DNA from: a virus
Lineage: Duplodnaviria; Caudoviricetes
DNA length: 29,550 nucleotides
Reading direction: 5' to 3' (one strand)
Virus record (IMG/VR): IMGVR_UViG_3300034116_000164
Location: 1 to 29,550 of that record
Part shown: piece by piece, positions 1 through 7,216 of the stretch
Layout: each line of letters starts with the position of its first letter
How positions within the stretch are numbered: position 1 is the stretch's first letter
The notes under the pieces: model-generated
What the model was told of the DNA's origin: nothing
The model's database searches: none
What the model saw: the letters and a program-made list of their open reading frames with translations, nothing else
Translations under genes and position numbers: made by a program

Positions 1-195
1 TCAAGTGACCATGAAGTCTTAATGTCAATGATTGAATTCTCTAAGATGATATCAGGTGTACCAATTAGGCAGTCATTCTCAATAGTTTCTTCATTCTTGA
101 TGTAGAATGAGTCTCTAATCTGATTAACTAACTCTATAGACTCGTGCTCCCAGTCAGTGCCTTTCTGCATTGCTTTTGTAGAGATAAAAGAATTG
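1..195. repeat. Terminal direct repeat, copy 1 (circular assembly overlap)
   Basis: 1-195 is identical to 29356-29550 except G68 vs A29423. It falls mid-gene, so the unit genome is about 29,355 bp. Confidence 0.95.
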
Positions 196-317
196 TATCC
201 AAAGAAGTCTTCTTTTGCCTTGCTAGCGATGTAAGATTTAGTAGTCTGTGATAGTGTCTCTGACTTAGTGCGTGACTCAGTCATAAGTTTTCCTAGTGAT
301 GATGGATGCCATTTCAT
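1..317 (-). CDS. 5' part of YqaJ/lambda-exonuclease-like PD-(D/E)xK nuclease; joins 29052-29355 across the junction, 206 aa total
   Basis: ATG at 317 overlaps the ERF stop (ATGA). Reads MKWHPSSLGKLMTESRTK...TKAMQKGTDWE in frame with ORF 29052..29525. The HPSS, MxKGxxWE and GTPD..IDIK motifs are present. Confidence 0.8.
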   Translation of the reverse strand, partial: MKWHPSSLGKLMTESRTKSETLSQTTKSYIASKAKEDFFGYNSFISTKAMQKGTDWEHESIELVNQIRDSFYIKNEETIENDCLIGTPDIILENSIIDIKTSWSL

Positions 318-817
318 AGTGCTTGTAATTGTTGTTTGGTTAAACTGAAATCTGATTTTAATTTCTCTGCGGTGTACTTTCCTGACTCAATTGACTTAAG
401 AGCTTCTTTGAATCTGTCATCTGTAAGGGATGGCTTAGTGGCTGATGCGACTGAGTTACCATCATCATCTACAGCTTGAAGGCTCAAAAGAGATTGTAAA
501 GTTGCTCTTCTGTAGTAAGTCGTTGCACTAATCATTTTTTGTGGATCAATGTTGTCAGGCAATGTCAACCAGCTCTCTATCATTTCACCTGACTCAATGT
601 CAATTATCTGAGTACTCAGAACTTTGTCATGAATAGGTTGTAATAGGAGCAGTCCATTCTCATGAAGGATAGGCTCAACTGTTTCTAGCAATGCGTTAAT
701 GTCTGCATAGCTCTTTTTAAAGTGAGGATTGGTGCTGTTCTTAACAACCTTTCCAATACTCATTTTTGCCTTGTGAATCTTAGTCCACAATGGCACTTTG
801 TTTGGTTCTGTTTGCAT
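314..817 (-). CDS. erf: ERF-family single-strand annealing recombinase
   Basis: NPHFKKSYADI...L..GL and SATTYYRR..L..LL.L...DDDG are ERF hallmarks. Adjacent to an exonuclease. Confidence 0.85.
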   Translation of the reverse strand: MQTEPNKVPLWTKIHKAKMSIGKVVKNSTNPHFKKSYADINALLETVEPILHENGLLLLQPIHDKVLSTQIIDIESGEMIESWLTLPDNIDPQKMISATTYYRRATLQSLLSLQAVDDDGNSVASATKPSLTDDRFKEALKSIESGKYTAEKLKSDFSLTKQQLQAL

Positions 818-838
818 ATATATTTATTTAATTGTTTA

Positions 839-868
839 CAAATGTAATAATAATTTTTAGTTGTGCAA
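839..868 (-). promoter_or_regulatory. Bacteroidota housekeeping-sigma promoter for erf-exo
   Basis: Minus strand TTG(868-866)-19 nt-TACATTTG(846-839) matches the TTTG/TAnnTTTG consensus. Confidence 0.75.
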
Positions 869-873
869 CTATT

Positions 874-1344
874 TTATTGATTTATTTTATCATACCATTC
901 AACAAATGTGTCAAAGTCTCTAGCTATGTAGTAGATTCCTTTTGCACTCTCTATCTTTTCTTGATACTGCTTTTGCACTTGAGACTGAACATCACGCTTG
1001 TACTTCACTTCTATCTTAACTGACTTGCCATTGATAGTAGCTGAGATGTCAGCAGTTCCTTTAGTCCCTTGTCCTGGTGTCCACTTACCAGGCAACTGCT
1101 TTGTATAGGCTATCTCACCAGTTCCTACTTGAATCTTGTTACCTTCTCTGTACTGGCCTTGATTACCTATTCTCTCAGCTTGATTCCCAGTAGCATTGAT
1201 GTAGAAGATTATTGACTTAGTCAAGCTGTTAGCTGAGTTATCAGCCCACTCTGTAGATGGCAAGTACTTTGGATTCATTGATGACTTAGCCATCATGATC
1301 TCAAGCTCTAATGCCTTGAGTTTTGCTTTGTTTTCTTTGGTCAT
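874..1344 (-). CDS. VRR-NUC-like PD-(D/E)xK nuclease / putative Holliday junction resolvase
   Basis: KGTADI...IEVK...QS..QK.Y...IE...G.Y.IAR pattern. Confidence 0.7.
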   Translation of the reverse strand: MTKENKAKLKALELEIMMAKSSMNPKYLPSTEWADNSANSLTKSIIFYINATGNQAERIGNQGQYREGNKIQVGTGEIAYTKQLPGKWTPGQGTKGTADISATINGKSVKIEVKYKRDVQSQVQKQYQEKIESAKGIYYIARDFDTFVEWYDKINQ

Positions 1345-1583
1345 ATTGCTTTCGATTTGTAATAATTTTCAACTAAGTGCTCATTCTCAAGCTCCCAAAA
1401 TTCTTTAAGTAAATTTATAAACACTTTATGTGGATTGGGAGTCATCCAGTCTACCTCTAATGTACCTTTGTGATCAGTTAAGCTAAAGATTTCTTCATCA
1501 AAACCATAGCTTACTATTTTATTTTTAACATTTTGAAGTCTCTCAGACCTCCATTGTTCTTGTTGATTATAATTTATTATCAT
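1341..1583 (-). CDS. Hypothetical protein (80 aa)
   Basis: ATGA overlaps with both neighbours. Confidence 0.7.
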   Translation of the reverse strand: MIINYNQQEQWRSERLQNVKNKIVSYGFDEEIFSLTDHKGTLEVDWMTPNPHKVFINLLKEFWELENEHLVENYYKSKAI

Positions 1584-3913
1584 AAATCTGAAAAAATTAT
1601 GTATCTACCTTTGTGATTTTTATCTTTTGTTATTTTATACCCTTTGTGCTTAGCATACTGAAATAACCATGTAGAGAAACGCTGTGGAGTCATGTCTTTA
1701 TAGTTATAATCTACCTCAAATGAGCTTAATAATTCGCTGTTATAGTACATGACATCTTTAACAAGTTCATTCTCACTAATGAAGTCATAGAAGTCCTTGC
1801 TAGTAGCTTGAATAAATCTTTTTGCATCAGCATTGATTCCTATTGACTTAGTAAGTCCTTCTCTTAAGTATAGCTGTAAGTTTTTGATCATGTAATTATC
1901 AAATCTTAGCCAGTCATCTGTGCTCCATTGGTCAAATAATAGCTTGCCATAATGCTTAAGGGGGGAGTTAGTAGAGTTAAAATACTGAAAGAACTCTATT
2001 TCATGTCTTCTTCTATCATGACTGCCTCCAGCTCCTTGAATAACATAGTTAGTAGTTATAACTATCTTAGGTGACCTTTCAAATGGTATAAACACCTCAT
2101 CTTTATTTTTGCGATTGACAGTGATTCCTTCAGATACTATCATGAATAATTGCTCAAAATTAAAGTTCTTAACAACGTCATCAAATGCAAGAATCTGAGT
2201 ATCTAAGTTGACTCTTTGATATAAAAAATCTGACTTAGTAGGATTGTAGAGCTTACCATCTATCTTGACTGTCTTTCTAATGTGATTAAGAGCTGTCAAC
2301 ATTAAAGACTTACCGCTACCTCCATTGGGATTCTCATCTATTTCTTGATCATTAAAAATAATTGCCTTTTGATTTGTTCTATCCTTATAGCCATGAATTA
2401 AATAACCTAGTGTTGATTGTAGTGCAGCTATTCTCTTAGTCTCATTATTAGATACTTTTTGCACTAAGTCTAAGAAGTCATTAGCAAAGTCATTGACCAG
2501 GTGAAATTCTCTATTTATAATTTGATTCTCCCAAATGTAGCCATCAACATCAATGTAGCTTAACATCTTAGACTCATCTTTAGTAACTTTAACAACACCA
2601 TTTAGGAATGGTAGGTATGAGAAGTCATGACCATCCTGCAACATCTTAAGACTAACTGAGTCAATCATGTTAAGGTGATTCTCTGAAAATAAATAAGGTG
2701 ACCTAGAGCAATGATTCCAAATGTTAATTTGTGCCTTCTTAATTAGATAGGTAAGGACAAAGTCTTTGATTTGATCTACAGAAGACAGCCTAACTTTATT
2801 CTCAATGACTCTTACAAATGTAGGTTTCTCAGCATTCTCAGGATAAAACTTGTTAAATCCATTTTTTACTAAAAAATTACTGTATTTTAATGGTTCAATT
2901 GTTACTATCTCTTTTTTAGATACAGTCCAAAAGATGTCATCACTACCACTATCCTCTTTAATGTCAATTAGAACATCTGTAGTTATGTTGTGATCCTTCT
3001 TTATTTGCTCATCATCTACTCCATTCTTAACTTTTAGCTTAATTCTGTCAATAGTTAATCTATCCTCGAAGTACTTGCTGTTAAAGTTGCTCTTTTTATA
3101 AGCTGACTTGATAGCTGATAGCATTTCAGAGTGAGTAAAGTCTTCATTTGTAGTGTACTTATTAAACAGATACTGCTCAGCTACATCCTGATTGATACCA
3201 TAGTCACAAAGACAGCATGCTAATTCAAAAATAAAGAAATTTCTACTACCATCTGAGAATGAAGTCTTAAATTTAAACTTTTCAATCAGTTCTAGCTTCT
3301 TATTCTCATCTTGCAGTATGCACACTGGAGGCTTCTCAATGTATTCAAAACCTTTATCTTGTGTAATTCCTTCAAATACTAAACAAAACTCATTAAAATA
3401 GACCTCAGGGTCATAAGATTCAAAGCATACTCGACTAACATCTTGATTCTTTGAGTCAAAATAGTCAGACTTAAAGTATTCAGAGTAAGCAAGAAACCTT
3501 CTCTTATGTTCTACAGCAGTTGACTCAGGTATTCTTATGACAGCTTTTAGTCCATTACCACCAGGAGAAGTGAATACTATCACTACATAAGGGTCATTAA
3601 TTAATCTTTCTCTTTCAGCTACCATTACCTCAGTAGATGGATAACCATCAAAATCTAATACACAAAGTCCTGAGTGCTCAATCAATCCTTTAGCAGTTCT
3701 TTCAGAGAATGTACCATTGAACATAATTGCATTTAGTTCTTTTTTTGATGCTGAATATCTTGGGTCTTTCTTATCTACTGACCTAATTAGATTGATTTTT
3801 TCTTTAAGATCCTCAGTTCCTAATCTTATTCTCGCAACTACCTCAGCTGGGTTAAGATTGAATGGAGTCTCTTTTGACTTAAATAGTGACTTGAATACAG
3901 ATATTTTTTTCAT
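1580..3913 (-). CDS. Primase-helicase: BT4734/VirE-N-like prim-pol domain, PriCT-like domain, P-loop helicase
   Basis: HSGLCVLDFD, FTSPGGNGLK, DVSRVCFESYD; GSRN..F.LAC; Walker A GGSGKS, Walker B FDD, ITTN, RRR. Start moved to ATG 3913 because the listed TTG at 4003 lies inside the promoter. Confidence 0.85.
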   Translation of the reverse strand: MKKISVFKSLFKSKETPFNLNPAEVVARIRLGTEDLKEKINLIRSVDKKDPRYSASKKELNAIMFNGTFSERTAKGLIEHSGLCVLDFDGYPSTEVMVAERERLINDPYVVIVFTSPGGNGLKAVIRIPESTAVEHKRRFLAYSEYFKSDYFDSKNQDVSRVCFESYDPEVYFNEFCLVFEGITQDKGFEYIEKPPVCILQDENKKLELIEKFKFKTSFSDGSRNFFIFELACCLCDYGINQDVAEQYLFNKYTTNEDFTHSEMLSAIKSAYKKSNFNSKYFEDRLTIDRIKLKVKNGVDDEQIKKDHNITTDVLIDIKEDSGSDDIFWTVSKKEIVTIEPLKYSNFLVKNGFNKFYPENAEKPTFVRVIENKVRLSSVDQIKDFVLTYLIKKAQINIWNHCSRSPYLFSENHLNMIDSVSLKMLQDGHDFSYLPFLNGVVKVTKDESKMLSYIDVDGYIWENQIINREFHLVNDFANDFLDLVQKVSNNETKRIAALQSTLGYLIHGYKDRTNQKAIIFNDQEIDENPNGGSGKSLMLTALNHIRKTVKIDGKLYNPTKSDFLYQRVNLDTQILAFDDVVKNFNFEQLFMIVSEGITVNRKNKDEVFIPFERSPKIVITTNYVIQGAGGSHDRRRHEIEFFQYFNSTNSPLKHYGKLLFDQWSTDDWLRFDNYMIKNLQLYLREGLTKSIGINADAKRFIQATSKDFYDFISENELVKDVMYYNSELLSSFEVDYNYKDMTPQRFSTWLFQYAKHKGYKITKDKNHKGRYIIFSDL

Positions 3914-4000
3914 AACTCTTGTTTTTATTCTTGCTAAAAAAAAAGAAGGGGAAAAGTAGCAAGAAAACTTTTTATGTGGATGCCTCCGACAACCCCTTTG

Positions 4001-4031
4001 CAAATGTAATAATAATTTTTAATTATCCAAA
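4001..4031 (-). promoter_or_regulatory. Bacteroidota housekeeping-sigma promoter for the primase operon
   Basis: Minus strand TTTG(4031-4028)-19 nt-TACATTTG(4008-4001). 4001-4021 is identical to 839-859. Confidence 0.8.
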
Positions 4032-4032
4032 T

Positions 4033-4210
4033 GCGTGACAAACGTGCCAACTATGGGACAACTTCAAAACTAGTTGTCACGCCTATAAGCTATACTAGTA
4101 TTGAGTTACAGCAAAAGCGTGACAACTAGACAACTTTTTTTGGGGGTGTCCCCTTTGTTTTTTTAAAAAAGCTAGCTACCCCCCATAAGAAGAGTTGTCA
4201 CTTGTCACGC
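4033..4210. repeat. Iteron array, consensus GCGTGACAACT; candidate replication origin
   Basis: Full or partial copies at 4033-4041, 4042-4052, 4055-4063, 4070-4082 (inverted), 4117-4129, 4129-4135, 4193-4201 (inverted), 4202-4210 (inverted). Perfect 13-bp inverted pair 4070-4082/4117-4129. T/A tracts at 4135-4170. Confidence 0.7.
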
Positions 4211-4581
4211 TCTAAGTACTGGTCATTAGCTATTCTCTCCTTAATGATTCTCAAATCTGTGGTGTTGTTGCACTTGATAACATCCTCAAAGATAGAGTAC
4301 TTAGGTAGTATAATTGGTGCTTCACCAGGATAGAGATAGTATTTAAGCTCAGCTATAGCATCATCATAAATCTTGTCACAATTTTGAAATTGATTGTCTA
4401 CATTAAGTCCATGCATGACAGTGACGTGATCCTTTTCAAGCATTCTACCTATTTCTGACAAGTTCAATCCTAATTTTTTTAGCTCTGAGAATAGATAGTA
4501 TCTTTTATAAACTATCCCTCTACTTCTTTTTGTACTGATTAGATTGTGAAGTTCAATCATGTATTTGATTTTTTCTATCAT
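4198..4581 (-). CDS. Stand-alone DnaA domain IV (C-terminal HTH)-like DNA-binding protein
   Basis: STKRSRGIV..R..L...L....LNLSEIGRMLEKDHVTVMHG resembles the DnaA signature S..R...I..PR...SL.EIG..FG.RDHTTV.HA. No AAA+ domain. Confidence 0.7.
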   Translation of the reverse strand: MIEKIKYMIELHNLISTKRSRGIVYKRYYLFSELKKLGLNLSEIGRMLEKDHVTVMHGLNVDNQFQNCDKIYDDAIAELKYYLYPGEAPIILPKYSIFEDVIKCNNTTDLRIIKERIANDQYLERDK

Positions 4582-4591
4582 TTTGTTTTGT

Positions 4592-5662
4592 TTAAACGTT
4601 TATTTTACTTAACCATTGGTTATAAACTTCACTTGCAATTTGAGCTGTCATAACCGGAGGAACTGACATACCAATTAAATACTTATGTTTGATATCAATA
4701 AAATTATAATCCAATGGATATGAACCACCTAAACAATTTTCAATTTTTGTTAAAGGTCTATGAACACTATAATGATAACTACCACCATCGTGGTGCGCAG
4801 TTATTGTTGGTAAACATTTATTTCTATCAACTTTAGAATAGCTAAACATTCCTCCTTTTTTATGAACTTCATTGAATCCTTGACCTTCTTTTGCTAAATG
4901 CCAATGTTTTGAAATTGATGGCGATAAATATTCATCAATAGTATTTTGTTCTTCAATTTCTTTAAATAAAATTTCACGTTCACAAAAATTCATTGTTATT
5001 CTTGGCAATTTTTCAAACATATCTTTTTGATATAAAAATTGTGTTGCCAAATCTTTTCTTAAACAAATAAAAAATACCCTTTCTCTTTTTTGTGGAACTC
5101 CCATAGTACTTGCATCTAATAAAAAGTGTTGACAATAGTAACCTGCTTTGTCAAATGCTTCATAAATTTTAATTACATATTGCTTTGCGTCTCCTAAAAG
5201 TAAACCTTTAACGTTTTCAGCAACTACTATTTTAGGTTTTAATTCTTTAGCCAAATCGATAAAGTCAAAAAACAAAGTGTCTAATACTTGTAATTCTTGA
5301 CCTTCTCTAAAAACTTTTTCTTTTCCCCAGTCTTTCTCACGATTTCCAGCCATTGAAAAACTACTACAAGGTGGGGAACCATCTAAAATATCTAAGTTGT
5401 ATAATTCTTGTGGTAAATCTGTTCTCTTTGCAAAAGTTGTAATTGATTCTAAAAAACTAAATTTAGGATTGTGATTTTCTTTATAGACTTCAATCATTTT
5501 TTTATCAATATCGTTATGTCCTATAACATCAAAACCTGCTAATTTATAACCCATTGTTGAGCCACCACCACAAGCAAAACAACTAAATACTTTGCCTTTA
5601 TCTTTTGTAAAAACTGCATCTTTTAAATTCCAATTATACGGAAATCTGTGTTTGTTTTTCAT
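4592..5662 (-). CDS. Orphan C5-cytosine DNA methyltransferase
   Basis: Motif I FACGGG, IV GSPPCSSFS, VI ENVKG, VIII PQKRERVF, X GMSVPP. No cognate endonuclease adjacent. Confidence 0.95.
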   Translation of the reverse strand: MKNKHRFPYNWNLKDAVFTKDKGKVFSCFACGGGSTMGYKLAGFDVIGHNDIDKKMIEVYKENHNPKFSFLESITTFAKRTDLPQELYNLDILDGSPPCSSFSMAGNREKDWGKEKVFREGQELQVLDTLFFDFIDLAKELKPKIVVAENVKGLLLGDAKQYVIKIYEAFDKAGYYCQHFLLDASTMGVPQKRERVFFICLRKDLATQFLYQKDMFEKLPRITMNFCEREILFKEIEEQNTIDEYLSPSISKHWHLAKEGQGFNEVHKKGGMFSYSKVDRNKCLPTITAHHDGGSYHYSVHRPLTKIENCLGGSYPLDYNFIDIKHKYLIGMSVPPVMTAQIASEVYNQWLSKINV

Positions 5663-5898
5663 AGCTCTTCTTTAAATTCTGTTTCTAGCCATTGTCTGAA
5701 TGCTCTCTGTATATCTACTTGCTGAGATTGTGCATCAAGCTCTGCATCATGGATGATTATGTTATCTACCTTTCTGACCTCATTGATAAACAAGTTAGCG
5801 TATCTCTTTGACTGGTGATATATTTTAACATCTTCTAATAGGTCAGCAAGCACTGGTAGTAGTGCCACTACAGCTAGGAGCTTTTGTTCGTGATTCAT
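5659..5898 (-). CDS. Hypothetical protein (79 aa)
   Basis: ATGA overlaps at both ends. Confidence 0.7.
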   Translation of the reverse strand: MNHEQKLLAVVALLPVLADLLEDVKIYHQSKRYANLFINEVRKVDNIIIHDAELDAQSQQVDIQRAFRQWLETEFKEEL

Positions 5899-6068
5899 AA
5901 TGCTTCTACTTTATAACCATTATTAATATACCATTGTGGAGTCTCAGGGAGTTCATCAGGATACTTCTCATCTTGTAGGCATCCATTGTGGTCAAGGTAG
6001 CAATACCACCAAAAGCCACCTAGCTCTTCTACTGAGTCCTCTAACCAAATTCTGTGTGTTGCTGTCAT
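5895..6068 (-). CDS. Hypothetical protein (57 aa, MTATHRIWLEDS...KVEAL), not in ORF track
   Basis: Translated by hand. ATGA overlaps at both ends fill the gap exactly. Confidence 0.7.
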   Translation of the reverse strand: MTATHRIWLEDSVEELGGFWWYCYLDHNGCLQDEKYPDELPETPQWYINNGYKVEAL

Positions 6069-6190
6069 AGCTCCTCAATTTTTAAGATTAATACTGGCCA
6101 TCTGTCTACCATCAGGAATGCATGTTGTTGATCGTATGCCTTCACTATCTTGAAGGACTTGTCTCTCATTGTTACTTTGTAAGTTTTCAT
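6065..6190 (-). CDS. Hypothetical protein (41 aa, MKTYKVTMRDKS...IEEL), not in ORF track
   Basis: Translated by hand. A-rich context before the ATG and ATGA overlap with the next gene. Confidence 0.55.
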   Translation of the reverse strand: MKTYKVTMRDKSFKIVKAYDQQHAFLMVDRWPVLILKIEEL

Positions 6191-6281
6191 TTTTAGCTCT
6201 TAAGTAGTTAATGTATAGTTGGATGTTAAAGTGACCTCTCTTTGTCCAGTAGGACTCAATATCAGCTAAGTTCATGGTCAT
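6075..6281 (-). CDS. Hypothetical protein, probable start MTMNLADIES
   Basis: Trimmed from track ORF 6075..6374. Its 3' half overlaps the 41-aa ORF. Confidence 0.4.
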   Translation of the reverse strand: MTMNLADIESYWTKRGHFNIQLYINYLRAKNENLQSNNERQVLQDSEGIRSTTCIPDGRQMASINLKN

Positions 6282-6393
6282 CAATTTCTCCGTTGTTACA
6301 TCCACACTCTTCTTCTGTGTAGTGAATTTCATTACCAAATGTGCAGTAGTGTACCTCAATAGTACCTTCTCCATTACAATCAGGGCAAATCAT
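6262..6393 (-). CDS. 43-aa Cys-rich miniprotein with DnaJ-type CxxCxGxG knuckle, not in ORF track
   Basis: MICPDCNGEGTIEVHYC...ECGCNNGEI. ATGA overlap with 6390..6620. Confidence 0.65.
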   Translation of the reverse strand: MICPDCNGEGTIEVHYCTFGNEIHYTEEECGCNNGEIDDHELS

Positions 6394-6620
6394 AGCTCAC
6401 AAGTTTTGATGGTTGTATACTTTTTATGCTTGAATGTGCTCAGATTTCTTTTTTTAGGAGCAGTCAAGTTGAACTCTTTAATCATCATGTTGTAAGTATT
6501 CCAAATTGATTTCCATCTTGTTGCTGGCTCAGAGTCTTTACCATAATGATCCATAACAAATAGGTACATGTCCCAGCTTTTTTTCTCTTCTTGAATGATG
6601 TGATTAATTAAATTTTGCAT
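6390..6620 (-). CDS. Hypothetical early protein (76 aa)
   Basis: In the tightly packed run downstream of the promoter at 6733-6763. Confidence 0.7.
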   Translation of the reverse strand: MQNLINHIIQEEKKSWDMYLFVMDHYGKDSEPATRWKSIWNTYNMMIKEFNLTAPKKRNLSTFKHKKYTTIKTCEL

Positions 6621-6621
6621 G

Positions 6622-6702
6622 TTACTTTGATTTAAGGGTTAAAATTTTGATTGTTGCTACGATGCTGTAAAGCACTAATAAGTATACGATTTTTCCTTCC
6701 AT
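6622..6702 (-). CDS. 26-aa hydrophobic peptide MEGKIVYLLVLYSIVATIKILTLKSK, not in ORF track
   Basis: First ATG after the promoter, A-rich leader, stop 1 nt before the next ATG. Confidence 0.55.
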   Translation of the reverse strand: MEGKIVYLLVLYSIVATIKILTLKSK

Positions 6703-6732
6703 GATTTATTGTTTTGGTTAATAATTATGAAA

Positions 6733-6763
6733 CAAAGTTAGTAAGTCTTTTCATATATGCAAA
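6733..6763 (-). promoter_or_regulatory. Bacteroidota housekeeping-sigma early promoter
   Basis: Minus strand TTTG(6763-6760)-19 nt-TAACTTTG(6740-6733), a perfect consensus match. Confidence 0.85.
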
Positions 6764-6794
6764 CATTTTAACATATTTTAACATTTGATTGCAT

Positions 6795-6853
6795 AAAAAA
6801 ACCAGCTAAGTGTGGGCGACCAGGGACACCCCAATCCATTAACCATAGCTGGT
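6795..6853 (-). terminator. Long-loop terminator-like hairpin
   Basis: ACCAGCTA (6801-6808)/TAGCTGGT (6846-6853), 37-nt structured loop, U-tract on the minus strand. Confidence 0.55.
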
Positions 6854-6858
6854 GTATT

Positions 6859-6892
6859 AAAAAAAGGGATAAACTATTCCTAGCTCATCCCT
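6859..6892 (-). terminator. Intrinsic terminator after the lysis cassette
   Basis: RNA AGGGAUGAGCUA-GGAA-UAGUUUAUCCCU followed by a U-tract: 12-bp stem with GNRA loop. Confidence 0.85.
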
Positions 6893-6931
6893 CTTAGGGT
6901 GTTATTGTAACCAAACAATATACATGCGGTA

Positions 6932-6961
6932 CAAATATACTTATTTTTTTCTTCTAAGCAA
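6932..6961 (-). promoter_or_regulatory. Housekeeping-sigma-like promoter firing into the non-coding hairpin region
   Basis: Minus strand TTG(6961-6959)-19 nt-TATATTTG(6939-6932). Confidence 0.6.
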
Positions 6962-7216
6962 GAATTTTATTAACTTACCTACAAATCCTGACTGCTCATT
7001 AACATCTACATTCACCTCACCATTGTTGACTTGTACATCTACCTTCTCAGTATCTATTTTAAGCTCTTTTAAGTCACTATCTTTGTGAAAGTCTACGTCT
7101 ACTTTATCTGTGTCAACTTTAACGTCTGTAACACCATCTTTACGTGTCACTTTAATGTCAACATTCTTAGTGTCAATGTTGATGTTGATGTCTTTTTTCT
7201 TTTTTGGCTCTTTCAT
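6941..7216 (-). CDS. Hypothetical lysis-cassette protein with (I/V)DTxxVD(I/V) repeats and basic amphipathic C-terminus
   Basis: Three IDTKNVDI/VDTDKVDV/IDTEKVDV units. TAATG overlap with the endolysin. Confidence 0.75.
   Translation of the reverse strand: MKEPKKKKDININIDTKNVDIKVTRKDGVTDVKVDTDKVDVDFHKDSDLKELKIDTEKVDVQVNNGEVNVDVNEQSGFVGKLIKFLLRRKK

Noticed and set aside
1-195. Physical direct terminal repeats of the virion DNA
   Set aside because: The repeat lies mid-gene and the terminase is PBSX/SPP1-like, so an assembly overlap is more parsimonious. Reads are needed to be sure.
4033-4210. CRISPR mini-array
   Set aside because: Repeats are only 7-13 bp, in both orientations and irregularly spaced, with no cas genes.
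6795-6930. tRNA gene
   Set aside because: No cloverleaf, T-loop GTTC motif or anticodon arm could be built.
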